Below, one piece after another: positions 16,003 through 25,379 of a stretch of DNA of 64,000 nucleotides. Position 1 is the stretch's first letter, and each line of letters begins with the position of its first letter. The notes beneath the pieces were generated by a model. That model saw only the letters and a program-made list of their open reading frames with translations, made no database searches and had not been told where the DNA came from. Made by a program: the position numbers and the translations under genes. The stretch comes from a virus: positions 1-64,000 of the IMG/VR virus record IMGVR_UViG_3300035703_000045. One strand, given 5' to 3'.

Positions 16003-17568
16003 ATGTCGTTCATTGACGACTTCCTCAACGACCTCCAGCCCACCGCTGGACGACCCTCGCCCCAACCTGTGGGCGTGTCCAGCCTCACCGTCCCGACCCT
16101 GCACCTGCCCCTGATGGACTACCAGCAGGAGTCGGTGCAGTTCGCATTGACCCGTCGCAGTGCCTACCTCGCCCTTGACATGGGCTTGGGCAAGACGGCA
16201 GTCGCCATCGCCATCGCCACTGCTGTTGCCCAGCAGGAGCACCGTCAGGTGCTCATCGTGGTGCCCCCGTCGCTCCGTACCAACTGGGTGCGAGAGTTCG
16301 GGAAGTTCAGCCCCGACCTCAGCATCCACGTCTTTGACAAGTCGGCTCCCACGCCGACCATCAGGGTGCCTCGCATGGTCAACGGCTCCCCGTTGACGGT
16401 GGACGGCAAGAAGGTCATGGACGAGGTTCCCAACCCGAACCCTCCGACCCTCCCGACCAGCAACGTGCTCATCGTGGGCGACTCCACCGTGGAGGGCTGG
16501 GCGCACTGGTTGTCCACCTCTCCCCGTCCGGTCGGTGCGGTCATCGTTGATGAGGCGCATCGGATGAAGAATCCGAAGGCGTTGCGAACCAAGGCTCTCG
16601 CCCAACTCATCAAGTCCATGCCCAGCGACGGCGTGAGGATCATGATGTCGGGCACCCCTGCGCCCAACGGTCGTGCGTCGGAACTCGCCACCGCACTGGA
16701 ACTGGTGGACGGCTGGAGCACGGTCTCCAAGGGCACGTTCTGGCACTACTACTGCCCCCCTGCCAAGTTCGGTCGTGAGCATCTGCCCGAGCGTGTGCAG
16801 GAGTTGGGCGAGAAGTGCCGGAGCACGTTCATGCTCCGTCGCCTCCGTGGTGAGGTGCTGACCCTCCCGAACAAGGGACGCAGTGCCATCGCCGTGGAGG
16901 GCAAGGGCACCGCCGTGCGTAAGTACATCAGCGCAGAGGAAGACCTCATTGAATTCCTCAGCGGTGAGGGTCGCTCCACTGAGGGTGCCGGTCGTGCAGA
17001 AGCACTGGTGCGTCTCACCACTCTCCGTGCCCTCGCTGGTCAGGCGAAGGTGGACGGTGCGGTCACCCTCATCAAGGAGATGCTGGAGGACGACCCCTCG
17101 GGCATCCTCGTCATCGCAGAGCATCAGGCGGTCATGGACGCACTGGAGATGGCGTTCATCGGCAAGGCTGTCAGCATCCGTGGTGGCATGACCGACACGC
17201 AGAAGAGCGATGCCGTGGACATGTTCAACGGTGGTCACGCTCAGGTGCTCATCGGTCAGATCACCAGTGCAGGCGTGGGCTTCACCCTGCACGGTGGTGG
17301 TCGCAACCATCGGGTCGTCGTCGTGCAGTTGCCGTGGACTCCTGCTGAACTCCAGCAGGCAGAGGATCGCCTCCACCGCATCGGGCAGACGCACGATGTG
17401 GAGGTGACCATTGTGCTCACGCACATTGATGGCAAGTGGAGCATTGATGAGCGACTGTGGGGTCTCTTGGAGCAGAAGGCGTTCAGTGCCACCGCCATGA
17501 TCAACGGCGAGGGAGAGTTCCTCACGGACAGCGAAATCCGTGAGGGTCTGCTGGACACCTACCGCTGA
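16003..17568 (+). CDS. SNF2-family (SF2) helicase/translocase
   Basis: DMGLGKT, VVPPSLRTNW, DEAH, SGTP, QAEDRLHRIGQ. Confidence 0.92.
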   Translation: MSFIDDFLNDLQPTAGRPSPQPVGVSSLTVPTLHLPLMDYQQESVQFALTRRSAYLALDMGLGKTAVAIAIATAVAQQEHRQVLIVVPPSLRTNWVREFGKFSPDLSIHVFDKSAPTPTIRVPRMVNGSPLTVDGKKVMDEVPNPNPPTLPTSNVLIVGDSTVEGWAHWLSTSPRPVGAVIVDEAHRMKNPKALRTKALAQLIKSMPSDGVRIMMSGTPAPNGRASELATALELVDGWSTVSKGTFWHYYCPPAKFGREHLPERVQELGEKCRSTFMLRRLRGEVLTLPNKGRSAIAVEGKGTAVRKYISAEEDLIEFLSGEGRSTEGAGRAEALVRLTTLRALAGQAKVDGAVTLIKEMLEDDPSGILVIAEHQAVMDALEMAFIGKAVSIRGGMTDTQKSDAVDMFNGGHAQVLIGQITSAGVGFTLHGGGRNHRVVVVQLPWTPAELQQAEDRLHRIGQTHDVEVTIVLTHIDGKWSIDERLWGLLEQKAFSATAMINGEGEFLTDSEIREGLLDTYR

Positions 17569-17582
17569 CCCCACCCCGACCA

Positions 17583-17615
17583 CGGTGGGGTGCGTTACGG
17601 TAACGCACCCCACCG
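17583..17615. repeat. Intergenic palindrome, copy 4 (33-bp inverted repeat)
   Basis: CGGTGGGG-TGCGTTACGGTAACGCA-CCCCACCG. Confidence 0.9.
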
Positions 17616-17707
17616 ATATCCATATCAAAGGTTGCAATATCAGATTGCGACCCCTAGAATCCCAGTTACAAGTTCAGACCAACCCAACCACAAGAAAGGC
17701 AATCAAC

Positions 17708-18934
17708 ATGGCAACCATCCAAGAACTCGCTCTCGCCAAGCGACAGAACAAGCAGGCTCTCGCCACATCGGGAACGATGGAGGGCATGCGGTGCGACATC
17801 ATGTCGGACTCGCTCGTCCCCGACGGACAGCCCAACCAGCGCAAGGTCGCTGTCAAGTGGGAGGACGGCGAGGAGGGCTTCTACCTGCCCCGTCAGTTGG
17901 AGGTCGTGGAGCCGAAGACCCACGCCTTCATCCCGACCGCACAGCCCGTCCTCGTTGGACAGGCACAGCCCCAGCCCGTGGCGTTGTCCAGTGCCCCTGC
18001 CGTCGTGATGGGTGCGCTTCCCAGCCACCCCGACCACGACTTCTACGACGAGTTCCGTCCGTCGCCCGTCGTCAAGGAGATGCACATCGCCCGTCAGGCG
18101 ATGCTGGGGAGCGACCTCAACTCCACCGAGTACCTCATGGAGTGGTGGAACAAGCGTGACGAGTCGGGCTTCAGCAAGCCCCTCGCCCTCGTCGGTGACA
18201 CGCAGGCTGGCAAGACCATGGAGGTGGAGCGTCTCGCATTCGCCATCGCAGAGCGCATGGGTCTCAGCAAGCCCGTCCCCGTCTTCACGGTGATGGGTTC
18301 CAACGGCGTGACCGATCACGATCTGTTCGGCACCACTCGCACTGACCCCATGACGGGTCAGCCCGTGTTCATGCGTGGCACCGTGCAGATGGCTTGCGAG
18401 GCTCCCGTCGCCATCCTCTACTTGGATGAGGTCAACGCCATGGGTGGCAACGTCACCAGTGCCCTGCACCCCATCATTGACGGACGACACAAGTTCACCA
18501 ACTTGCGTCTCCCCGTCCGTACCGAGGCTGGCTACAGCCCCATGACCATCAACGTCTCCAAGGGTCTGTGGGTCATCGCCTCTTGGAACCCTGCCTACGC
18601 TGGCATGAACAAGACCAACGAGGCGTTCACCGCACGGTTCAAGGTGCTGGAGTGGAACTACGACTCCGCACTGGAAGACCACATCATCGGCTCGCCTGCG
18701 CTCCGCATGCTGGCTGACCAGTTGCGGAACCTGCGCTCCAAGCGCATCCTCAACACGCCGGTCGGTATCACCGACCTCAAGGACATCAAGTGGGAGGCGC
18801 ACAAGTTCGGTGCCAAGGTCGCACTGGATTCCTTCTTGGGCAAGTTCATCAGCGAGGCTGAGAAGATGGCGGTCTCGTCGGCAATGACCGACGGCTCCAT
18901 CTATCAAACCCTCCAGTTGGAGGTGAACTCCTGA
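17708..18934 (+). CDS. MoxR/CbbQ-like AAA+ ATPase
   Basis: Walker A GDTQAGKT, Walker B LYLDEVN, ASWNPAYAG...NEAFTARF; start at the ATG after GAAAGG. Confidence 0.85.
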   Translation: MATIQELALAKRQNKQALATSGTMEGMRCDIMSDSLVPDGQPNQRKVAVKWEDGEEGFYLPRQLEVVEPKTHAFIPTAQPVLVGQAQPQPVALSSAPAVVMGALPSHPDHDFYDEFRPSPVVKEMHIARQAMLGSDLNSTEYLMEWWNKRDESGFSKPLALVGDTQAGKTMEVERLAFAIAERMGLSKPVPVFTVMGSNGVTDHDLFGTTRTDPMTGQPVFMRGTVQMACEAPVAILYLDEVNAMGGNVTSALHPIIDGRHKFTNLRLPVRTEAGYSPMTINVSKGLWVIASWNPAYAGMNKTNEAFTARFKVLEWNYDSALEDHIIGSPALRMLADQLRNLRSKRILNTPVGITDLKDIKWEAHKFGAKVALDSFLGKFISEAEKMAVSSAMTDGSIYQTLQLEVNS

Positions 18935-18939
18935 CAGCC

Positions 18940-18974
18940 TGAGGTGGGTGCGTTACGGTAACGCACCCACCTCA
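18940..18974. repeat. Intergenic palindrome, copy 5 (35-bp inverted repeat)
   Basis: TGAGGTGGG-TGCGTTACGGTAACGCA-CCCACCTCA. Confidence 0.9.
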
Positions 18975-19074
18975 TACCCCACCCATACCGATATCAACTG
19001 CAAGCAGAACCATCCACTTGCATTTGAACTTCATCACACCCACCCCGTACACTCATCAACAGAGAGGACACATC

Positions 19075-21156
19075 ATGACGAAGAAGCAGTTGACCCCCGA
19101 AGAGATGATGGAGCGCAACGTGCGTCGGCAGATGCAGAGGCACGGTGCCAAGATCCGTGAGCGCATCAAGGCTGACACCGAACTGCACGAAGAGCAGAAG
19201 CGTCAAGAGGCGCAGAAACTCATCGCACAGATGGAGGCGAGTGCCAACCGAGGCACGGTGGAGCACAGCGACTACGACAAGGCGCAGTGGCTGTGCGACA
19301 GCATCAAGCAGATCACCACGGTCGTGGCTCGCTCGTTTGGTCAAGACCAGCCCATCGTGCACAAGTACAGCAACATGATTGCTGACCGCATGTTGATGGC
19401 GTTCACTGACCTGAAGGTGGTGACCATCGGCATCAAGCCGTCGCTCGTTCAATTCTCCAGCGACGAAGAAGTGCGGCGCACCACTGCTGTGATCAAGGGT
19501 GCCACCTACCATGAGTTCGCCCACTGCATGTGGACGAAGCATCTCATCAAGGACTACTTCCCGATTGACGATAACGCCCACAAGAACTTCAAGGCGTGGA
19601 ACCTCTTGGAGGACGGACGCATTGAGGCTCTGCTCATCGTGAAGTCTCCGATCATCAAGAAGTACCTTCTTCCGATGATGTGGGACATCGTCGTGAACGT
19701 CGGTGACGAGAGCACTGATGAGTACGACAGGGTGTACCGAATCGCACGGGCAGTACCTTTCTTGCTTGTTCGCACCTACATTCCAAAGGGCATCCAGCGT
19801 CAGGCTGTCATGAACGTGTGGAAGGTACTGGATCTCTCAAACAGAGACACCCCAGCAACTCGTCAGAATGTCAAGAACATCATCAGCGAGATGCTGTCAG
19901 TGAGCCGTGGGTACAACGCCTGCACGGACATGAATGACCAAATCCCGTTCATCGTTCGGTTCAGCGAGTTGCTCAACGAGTGGGGACAACTGTTCGGTCG
20001 GGTCTTCACCAATGACAGTGCTGGTGACCCCAGTGGTCGTACTGGTGAATCATCGTCGGTGGAATCGGTGGAGTCCCCGTCCGAGTGGGACGAGTCCGAG
20101 TGGGACAACAGCACACCTGCACCCAGCACCTCCGATGGTGACAGCAAGCCGGAGAACTCAGCCAAGGGTGAGTCGCACAAGCCATCTGATATGGATATGG
20201 AATCGGACGATGACTCCGACTTCAGCGTCAAGCCCAGCGCAGACGACAAGGACGACAAGCCCAGCGACTCCGACGACAAGGAGAACGATGGCTCCAAGGA
20301 CGATGAGCAATCGCAGGGGAAGTCATCCGACCACGGTGACGAGTCCAACAACAATCCGCACGAAGAGTTGAACAAGGCTGTCAACGAAGCCGTGAGTGAC
20401 TACGAGTTGTCGGCGGTCATGAAGCACTGGGGTGACACCCTCCGCACTGGGTTGCCCTCCTACACGCAACCTCTCCCCACCGATAGCAAAGTGACCGATG
20501 ACGGAGAGATGGTTCGCATCGGCATGATCAATGCACTGGACACGGTGGTCATGACCGCCAGCCCGTCATGGAAGTACCGCATGGAGACTGGTGCCGTGCT
20601 GGATGTGGATGCCTTCACCAACCGTGAGGTGGGTGACGATGCCTACTGGATGGACAAGGACGACAGTGGTGAGCGTGGTCACGACCTCGCCATCAGCATC
20701 CTGCTGGACTGCTCAGGCTCCATGATGGGCACATACTCCGCACTGGGGTCGTGTGCATACGGAATCCATAGCGCATCACAGTCGCTTGGTATCCCGTGCA
20801 CGACGAGCATCTTCGGGACGCACCAGTACATCCTGTGGGGCGAGGACGAGACCCCGACTCCAGTGATCATGCCCGACCTTGGTGGTACTCAGGTTCGGGA
20901 ATGCTTGGAGTCGCTCCCGACTCAACGAGCAGGCAAGTCACGGCAGATCGTGTTCATCCTCACCGATGGTGATTGGGAGTACGACATCCCCACGCTCCTG
21001 CCCTACATGGATGAGGACGTGCACATCGTTCTGATCGGATTGGGGATGCCCTTGGCAAAGTTGACTCAGAAGTCCCCCAGCCGTGCGATCACCATCAAGT
21101 CGGTGATTGATCTGCCGAAGATGGTTGAGCAGGTCATCGGAGACTTCTTCCGGTGA
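19075..21156 (+). CDS. VWA-domain protein with N-terminal HExxH region (CobT-like architecture, MoxR partner)
   Basis: YHEFAH...WNLLEDGRIE; acidic linker; MIDAS motif LLDCSGSM...GGT...ILTDG. Confidence 0.85.
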   Translation: MTKKQLTPEEMMERNVRRQMQRHGAKIRERIKADTELHEEQKRQEAQKLIAQMEASANRGTVEHSDYDKAQWLCDSIKQITTVVARSFGQDQPIVHKYSNMIADRMLMAFTDLKVVTIGIKPSLVQFSSDEEVRRTTAVIKGATYHEFAHCMWTKHLIKDYFPIDDNAHKNFKAWNLLEDGRIEALLIVKSPIIKKYLLPMMWDIVVNVGDESTDEYDRVYRIARAVPFLLVRTYIPKGIQRQAVMNVWKVLDLSNRDTPATRQNVKNIISEMLSVSRGYNACTDMNDQIPFIVRFSELLNEWGQLFGRVFTNDSAGDPSGRTGESSSVESVESPSEWDESEWDNSTPAPSTSDGDSKPENSAKGESHKPSDMDMESDDDSDFSVKPSADDKDDKPSDSDDKENDGSKDDEQSQGKSSDHGDESNNNPHEELNKAVNEAVSDYELSAVMKHWGDTLRTGLPSYTQPLPTDSKVTDDGEMVRIGMINALDTVVMTASPSWKYRMETGAVLDVDAFTNREVGDDAYWMDKDDSGERGHDLAISILLDCSGSMMGTYSALGSCAYGIHSASQSLGIPCTTSIFGTHQYILWGEDETPTPVIMPDLGGTQVRECLESLPTQRAGKSRQIVFILTDGDWEYDIPTLLPYMDEDVHIVLIGLGMPLAKLTQKSPSRAITIKSVIDLPKMVEQVIGDFFR

Positions 21157-21252
21157 CCTGCCACCCATTTGATATCCAACCCATATCCATCCATATGGAC
21201 GGCACCGCATGCAACTGTGGTGCCGTCCAACTGGACGGTCACTGAAACAGTG

Positions 21253-21269
21253 TGCGTTACGGTAACGCA
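21253..21269. repeat. Intergenic palindrome, copy 6
   Basis: TGCGTTACGGTAACGCA, preceded by a GCAA-capped hairpin at about 21196-21229. Confidence 0.85.
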
Positions 21270-21333
21270 CTGAGTTGCAAGACACGACAAGAACAGATAG
21301 TTTGAAATCAAACACAACTAGGAAGGCACAACG

Positions 21334-21642
21334 ATGACGAACACAACGACAGAAGTAACATCCGACATGCTGTGGGACATGAACTTTGCGACCGGCGAAG
21401 ACATCAAGTTCATCTCTTACAGCGGTCGTGCGATGTACGGCAAGACCTGCTTTGGTGTGGTGCTCCCCTGCGCTGAGGATGCCGTGCTGTGGGCACTCAA
21501 CCTGAGCGCAGAAGAGTTCGCTCCGATCCTGAACAACCCTCGGATTGACAGCATGGGTCGCAACATCGTGGTCTACTTCCCGAACCTCATCATCAGCGAC
21601 GAGACGCTCGCTGAGTGGTCGGACGACGAGGACGAGGACTGA
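21334..21642 (+). CDS. Hypothetical phage protein
   Basis: YSGRAMYGKTCFGV...DSMGRNIVVYFP; AGGAAGG RBS. Confidence 0.7.
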   Translation: MTNTTTEVTSDMLWDMNFATGEDIKFISYSGRAMYGKTCFGVVLPCAEDAVLWALNLSAEEFAPILNNPRIDSMGRNIVVYFPNLIISDETLAEWSDDEDED

Positions 21643-21647
21643 CACAC

Positions 21648-21965
21648 ATGTACACATTCTTCTACGACGACAACGACAACCACACAGAAGGGAACACCAC
21701 CGTGAAGTACAACGAGAAGGCACTGGACTACGCCATCGGACACTTCCTGTCCGACTGGGACAAGAACATCCCCAACGACAAGTTGCTGGAGATGATGTAC
21801 TCAGGTGAGTACACAGTCAACGAGGATGGCTTGTCCTCCACGGAGACTGAGGATGCGAACGAGTACATCCTGCCGTGGGAGCCATTTGAGTACATGCCCC
21901 TCAACTGGATCGCAGAGCGCATTGAGATGATGGCGTGGTCTCTCACTGGGGAGGACTTCCGGTGA
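21648..21965 (+). CDS. Hypothetical protein
   Basis: Packed acidic ORF. Confidence 0.6.
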   Translation: MYTFFYDDNDNHTEGNTTVKYNEKALDYAIGHFLSDWDKNIPNDKLLEMMYSGEYTVNEDGLSSTETEDANEYILPWEPFEYMPLNWIAERIEMMAWSLTGEDFR

Positions 21966-22348
21966 GCGAGTACAGGACAACAATGACCCCTGCCATGAAG
22001 GAGTTTCTCATGAACGACTTTCTGAAGACCAAGAAGAAGGATGGGTCGGGACGCTGGCACATTGAGTACATCGTCCATGTGTATGTGGACGCTGACTCCC
22101 GTGAAGAAGCATTGGAGAAGGGTGCATACCACCTCCATATGCTGGAGATGTCAGGCAACCTCTCGGATCACTGCGAACTGCTGGCAGACGAGATTGAGGA
22201 TGACTCCACTCCCGACTGCTGGGAACCCGACGAGGATGGGAACATCATGTGCTTGGACTGCATGAACCCATACCCCTCCAACGAGATCGTCACCGATCCA
22301 CGCTGGAACGACCCACGGTGCGAAGAGTGCCACTACAAGAGCAAGTGA
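21962..22348 (+). CDS. Hypothetical protein with C-terminal CxxC...CxxC
   Basis: GTGA overlap with the upstream stop. Confidence 0.6.
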   Translation: MSEYRTTMTPAMKEFLMNDFLKTKKKDGSGRWHIEYIVHVYVDADSREEALEKGAYHLHMLEMSGNLSDHCELLADEIEDDSTPDCWEPDEDGNIMCLDCMNPYPSNEIVTDPRWNDPRCEECHYKSK

Positions 22349-22358
22349 GGAAACACAA

Positions 22359-22778
22359 ATGATCAACATCATTTCAAAACAAAATCCAGCAGGAACGCCC
22401 CCCAAGTACGACGGGGACGCACTCATTCTCGCCCAATGCGTCCTTGACGCAGGGGCATGGCTCGCATCCTCCGAATTCTCCTATTGGGGCTGTACCTCAT
22501 CGGGCTTCAGCATCACTACAAATCAAGTGAAGTCAGAGGACTCGTTCCTCTATGTTCCTGACGGAACCATGACCCTCCGCTGGTGCGAAACAGACGGAGC
22601 ATTCGCCAATGACCCGATGATGAAGATGTCCTACAAGGAGTCGCTGGCTTTCCAGCGGAACCTTGCCTCCCTGACGGAGGAGATTCTCCGACTCGCCCAA
22701 GAGCGAGGTCTGTCGCTGGAGAACATCAAGGTCGCCCGTGCCCTTGGCAAATACAAGGGAACATACTTTGGTGATTGA
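22359..22778 (+). CDS. Hypothetical protein
   Basis: GAGG RBS. Confidence 0.6.
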   Translation: MINIISKQNPAGTPPKYDGDALILAQCVLDAGAWLASSEFSYWGCTSSGFSITTNQVKSEDSFLYVPDGTMTLRWCETDGAFANDPMMKMSYKESLAFQRNLASLTEEILRLAQERGLSLENIKVARALGKYKGTYFGD

Positions 22779-22795
22779 GAACTAGGAGAAGCAAC

Positions 22796-23074
22796 ATGAT
22801 TCAAAAGTCAATTGATATGCCCAACACGGTCATCACTCATGCACCATTCATGATCTCCCATCACTCTGAAGGAGCATCATGGGAGGACAGCCCCGTGCTC
22901 AAAGCACTGCTGAAGCAGACAGTCATCCTCCTTGACGCAACAGGACTGGAGTTCTGTGGCGATGTCGTGGAGATCGCTCAGGAAGGAATCACCCTCATCC
23001 CGTCGCTCCCCAACAGTGGGTGGACGGTGGCGAACATTCGGTGGGAGAACATCAAGCACATCTACTACTGCTGA
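22796..23074 (+). CDS. Hypothetical protein
   Basis: AGGAG RBS. Confidence 0.55.
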   Translation: MIQKSIDMPNTVITHAPFMISHHSEGASWEDSPVLKALLKQTVILLDATGLEFCGDVVEIAQEGITLIPSLPNSGWTVANIRWENIKHIYYC

Positions 23075-23194
23075 CATCCCACCCATTTGATATCCCGATA
23101 TCAGATAGATAAGAAAGAAATCACAAATCAGGTTGCAAACATCTGTGCAAACTGATTGAATACAAACAGAGAAACCAACAGGAAGGAAACACCC

Positions 23195-23530
23195 ATGAGC
23201 ACAATCACCATCAGCCTCACGGCGAAGAAGCAAATGCCCGAAGACGAGATGTGGGACTTGATCACCGGAAACCCGTGGTTTGAATGGGTTCAGGAAGCCG
23301 AACTCAACGACGGCGTGTTCACTCTCGCAATGGACGATCCTGAGAATCAGGACGCAGTGATCACGCAGTCCTACACCATCACGGATGTCATCAACGGCAT
23401 CGGTCGCATCCCGACCAACACCCCGTGGGGAGAGGAAATCATGAAGGGTTTCTTGGACGAGGACTTGGACATGAACATGCAGGACTGCTTTTGGCAGTTC
23501 ATGCTCTTCAATGAGGTGGTGTACGGCTGA
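23195..23530 (+). CDS. Hypothetical phage protein
   Basis: AAGGA RBS; ends FNEVVYG. Confidence 0.65.
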   Translation: MSTITISLTAKKQMPEDEMWDLITGNPWFEWVQEAELNDGVFTLAMDDPENQDAVITQSYTITDVINGIGRIPTNTPWGEEIMKGFLDEDLDMNMQDCFWQFMLFNEVVYG

Positions 23531-23841
23531 TGGACTTCTCCACCGACCTCACCAATTACAACGACGCAGGAATTGATGCGTGGGTGAAGACGCTTGATGG
23601 ACAGGAATGGGTGTTCGCTCTTGCGACTGTCTCCGATCCCGAAATGCAAGACGAAGAATTCACCATTGCTGTTGGATTCGGGGAGCCTGAGAACATTGAG
23701 GACTTTCCTGAGTTGCTTCATTACGACTCGTCATTGATCTCGTTTTGGTTTCACGACCTTTCCGAAGCACTATCAATGATCGGTAAGAACATCTACGACA
23801 ATTGCACACTGGTCGGATTTCATGGAGCGAACAATGAATGA
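23530..23841 (+). CDS. Hypothetical protein
   Basis: TGATG translational coupling. Confidence 0.6.
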   Translation: MDFSTDLTNYNDAGIDAWVKTLDGQEWVFALATVSDPEMQDEEFTIAVGFGEPENIEDFPELLHYDSSLISFWFHDLSEALSMIGKNIYDNCTLVGFHGANNE

Positions 23842-24232
23842 TCTCGCAGTCATTGGAGTCACCTACGACGGAATGCAATCACTGTGTTTCCGCTGTGTGG
23901 CAACCCACTACCACGAATACCCCGACTCCGACAAGCGTCAACCTCTGACCACGCTTGAGCACCCCACTGGATTCAAATGCGACTCCTGCTATGACATGAT
24001 CAAACCATGTCCGGTGTACCCGACAATGGTGGTCACTAACACTGGGATCATGCGTAACGGAGACATTGAATTCGTGGTGGAACTCACCGATGAGGAAACT
24101 GGGATGACCACCATGTACACCGGATACGGGCTTGACAACATTCTCCCCGAAGAATGGGGAGGTACACCTTTCTACGATCCGTACCTCAACAAGACAGGAA
24201 GCGAGTACGACCATGACGAAGACCCCTTCTGA
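23834..24232 (+). CDS. Hypothetical protein with two CxxC motifs
   Basis: CFRC...CDSC. Confidence 0.55.
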   Translation: MNDLAVIGVTYDGMQSLCFRCVATHYHEYPDSDKRQPLTTLEHPTGFKCDSCYDMIKPCPVYPTMVVTNTGIMRNGDIEFVVELTDEETGMTTMYTGYGLDNILPEEWGGTPFYDPYLNKTGSEYDHDEDPF

Positions 24233-24479
24233 TACCGATCTCATATACCACAACGCACGGATAACGCTGTTCGTTCGTATCCCCGATGGGGTGTATGTGC
24301 CCGAAGAGTTCCAGTTTAGTGAGAGTGACATCCAGCAAGCCGAGCAGGAATTCGGTATCCACTCAACATCCATGTGCCGTGCAGTTGAGGTCAGCGACCA
24401 CATCATCAATGTCATTCAAGGTATGGGGGTTGATGTGGAGGGATGGGCTGTCTCCGATGTGTACGAGGTGCAAAAGTGA
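24213..24479 (+). CDS. Hypothetical protein
   Basis: Packed ORF. Confidence 0.5.
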   Translation: MTKTPSDTDLIYHNARITLFVRIPDGVYVPEEFQFSESDIQQAEQEFGIHSTSMCRAVEVSDHIINVIQGMGVDVEGWAVSDVYEVQK

Positions 24480-24853
24480 CCGAGTGCCCGTGGTGTTCAA
24501 CAGAACTATCAGATCAGTTTGATACCTACCATATGGGTGGGGAGTGCATCGGTAACTCGTACAACCAAACCCCTCACCCGTTCAGTCGGGAGTGGTGTGA
24601 CCCTGAATGGCGAAGCAAATGGTTGATTGATCTAGATGATGATCAACTGGAGTCACTCAGTGATGGGCAGTTGAGAGACATTCTTCCTGCCTTTGAACTA
24701 GTTGGTCTTCACCGTGTGTTCGGTCAACACGCAGTAGCGGTCAGACAAATGATTGAGTCAATCATCAATTTCAAAATGGTGAATACCATGACATTCAATG
24801 ACTTCAAGAATTACAAACAAGGTCTAGATCTACTCAGTAGTAGGAGTAAGTGA
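24476..24853 (+). CDS. Hypothetical protein
   Basis: GTGA overlap; CPWC. Confidence 0.5.
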   Translation: MTECPWCSTELSDQFDTYHMGGECIGNSYNQTPHPFSREWCDPEWRSKWLIDLDDDQLESLSDGQLRDILPAFELVGLHRVFGQHAVAVRQMIESIINFKMVNTMTFNDFKNYKQGLDLLSSRSK

Positions 24854-25203
24854 TGTCAGACATCAGCAAGTCCCAGTATGAAATTTCTCACGATGAGAAG
24901 ACCATGCGTAGGTTGAAGCATCTAGAAGAGCAGAAGCAAAAGCGGGCTTTCATTAATGAGATGGAGAACATTAAGAAGATGGAGAAACGTGATTATTTAT
25001 CCATGCCGTTCTCCAAGCCGAACGAGCCACGACTTCCTGACTTCCCCATGCAGAACAAGCAGTTTCGTAGTTGTCTCGCACTTGTACTTGAGGCAATTGT
25101 GGCAGAGGTTGACAAGCACGGGTTGGATTCAGTCCATCCGTCTCTTATCCTTGCTTATGGTCTTTCATACAACACACTCAACAACAACGGAAAGAATTAC
25201 TGA
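24850..25203 (+). CDS. Hypothetical protein
   Basis: AGGAG RBS. Confidence 0.55.
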   Translation: MMSDISKSQYEISHDEKTMRRLKHLEEQKQKRAFINEMENIKKMEKRDYLSMPFSKPNEPRLPDFPMQNKQFRSCLALVLEAIVAEVDKHGLDSVHPSLILAYGLSYNTLNNNGKNY

Positions 25204-25379
25204 TCATGCAGATGTTTGACATCATGGACAACCAAACATTCGCTGGACTCCTGATCTACATCGTGTTCTGCGGTTGCAAGTTCGCAGGATGGGCTGTGGA
25301 ACAGTTGAAGTACGAAGAAGAAGAGATCTCGGCGGAAACCAACCGCCGGTGAAATACAAACACACGGGAGATATACCAA

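Noticed and set aside
14196-21269. Palindromes as intrinsic terminators or CRISPR repeats
   Set aside because: No U-tracts and almost no loop; spacing is gene-sized (0.8-2.3 kb), not spacer-sized.
14190-21723. Long antisense ORFs (e.g. 15940-17637, 17666-18907, 14990-15808)
   Set aside because: Shadows of GC3-biased plus-strand genes; no motifs or RBS.
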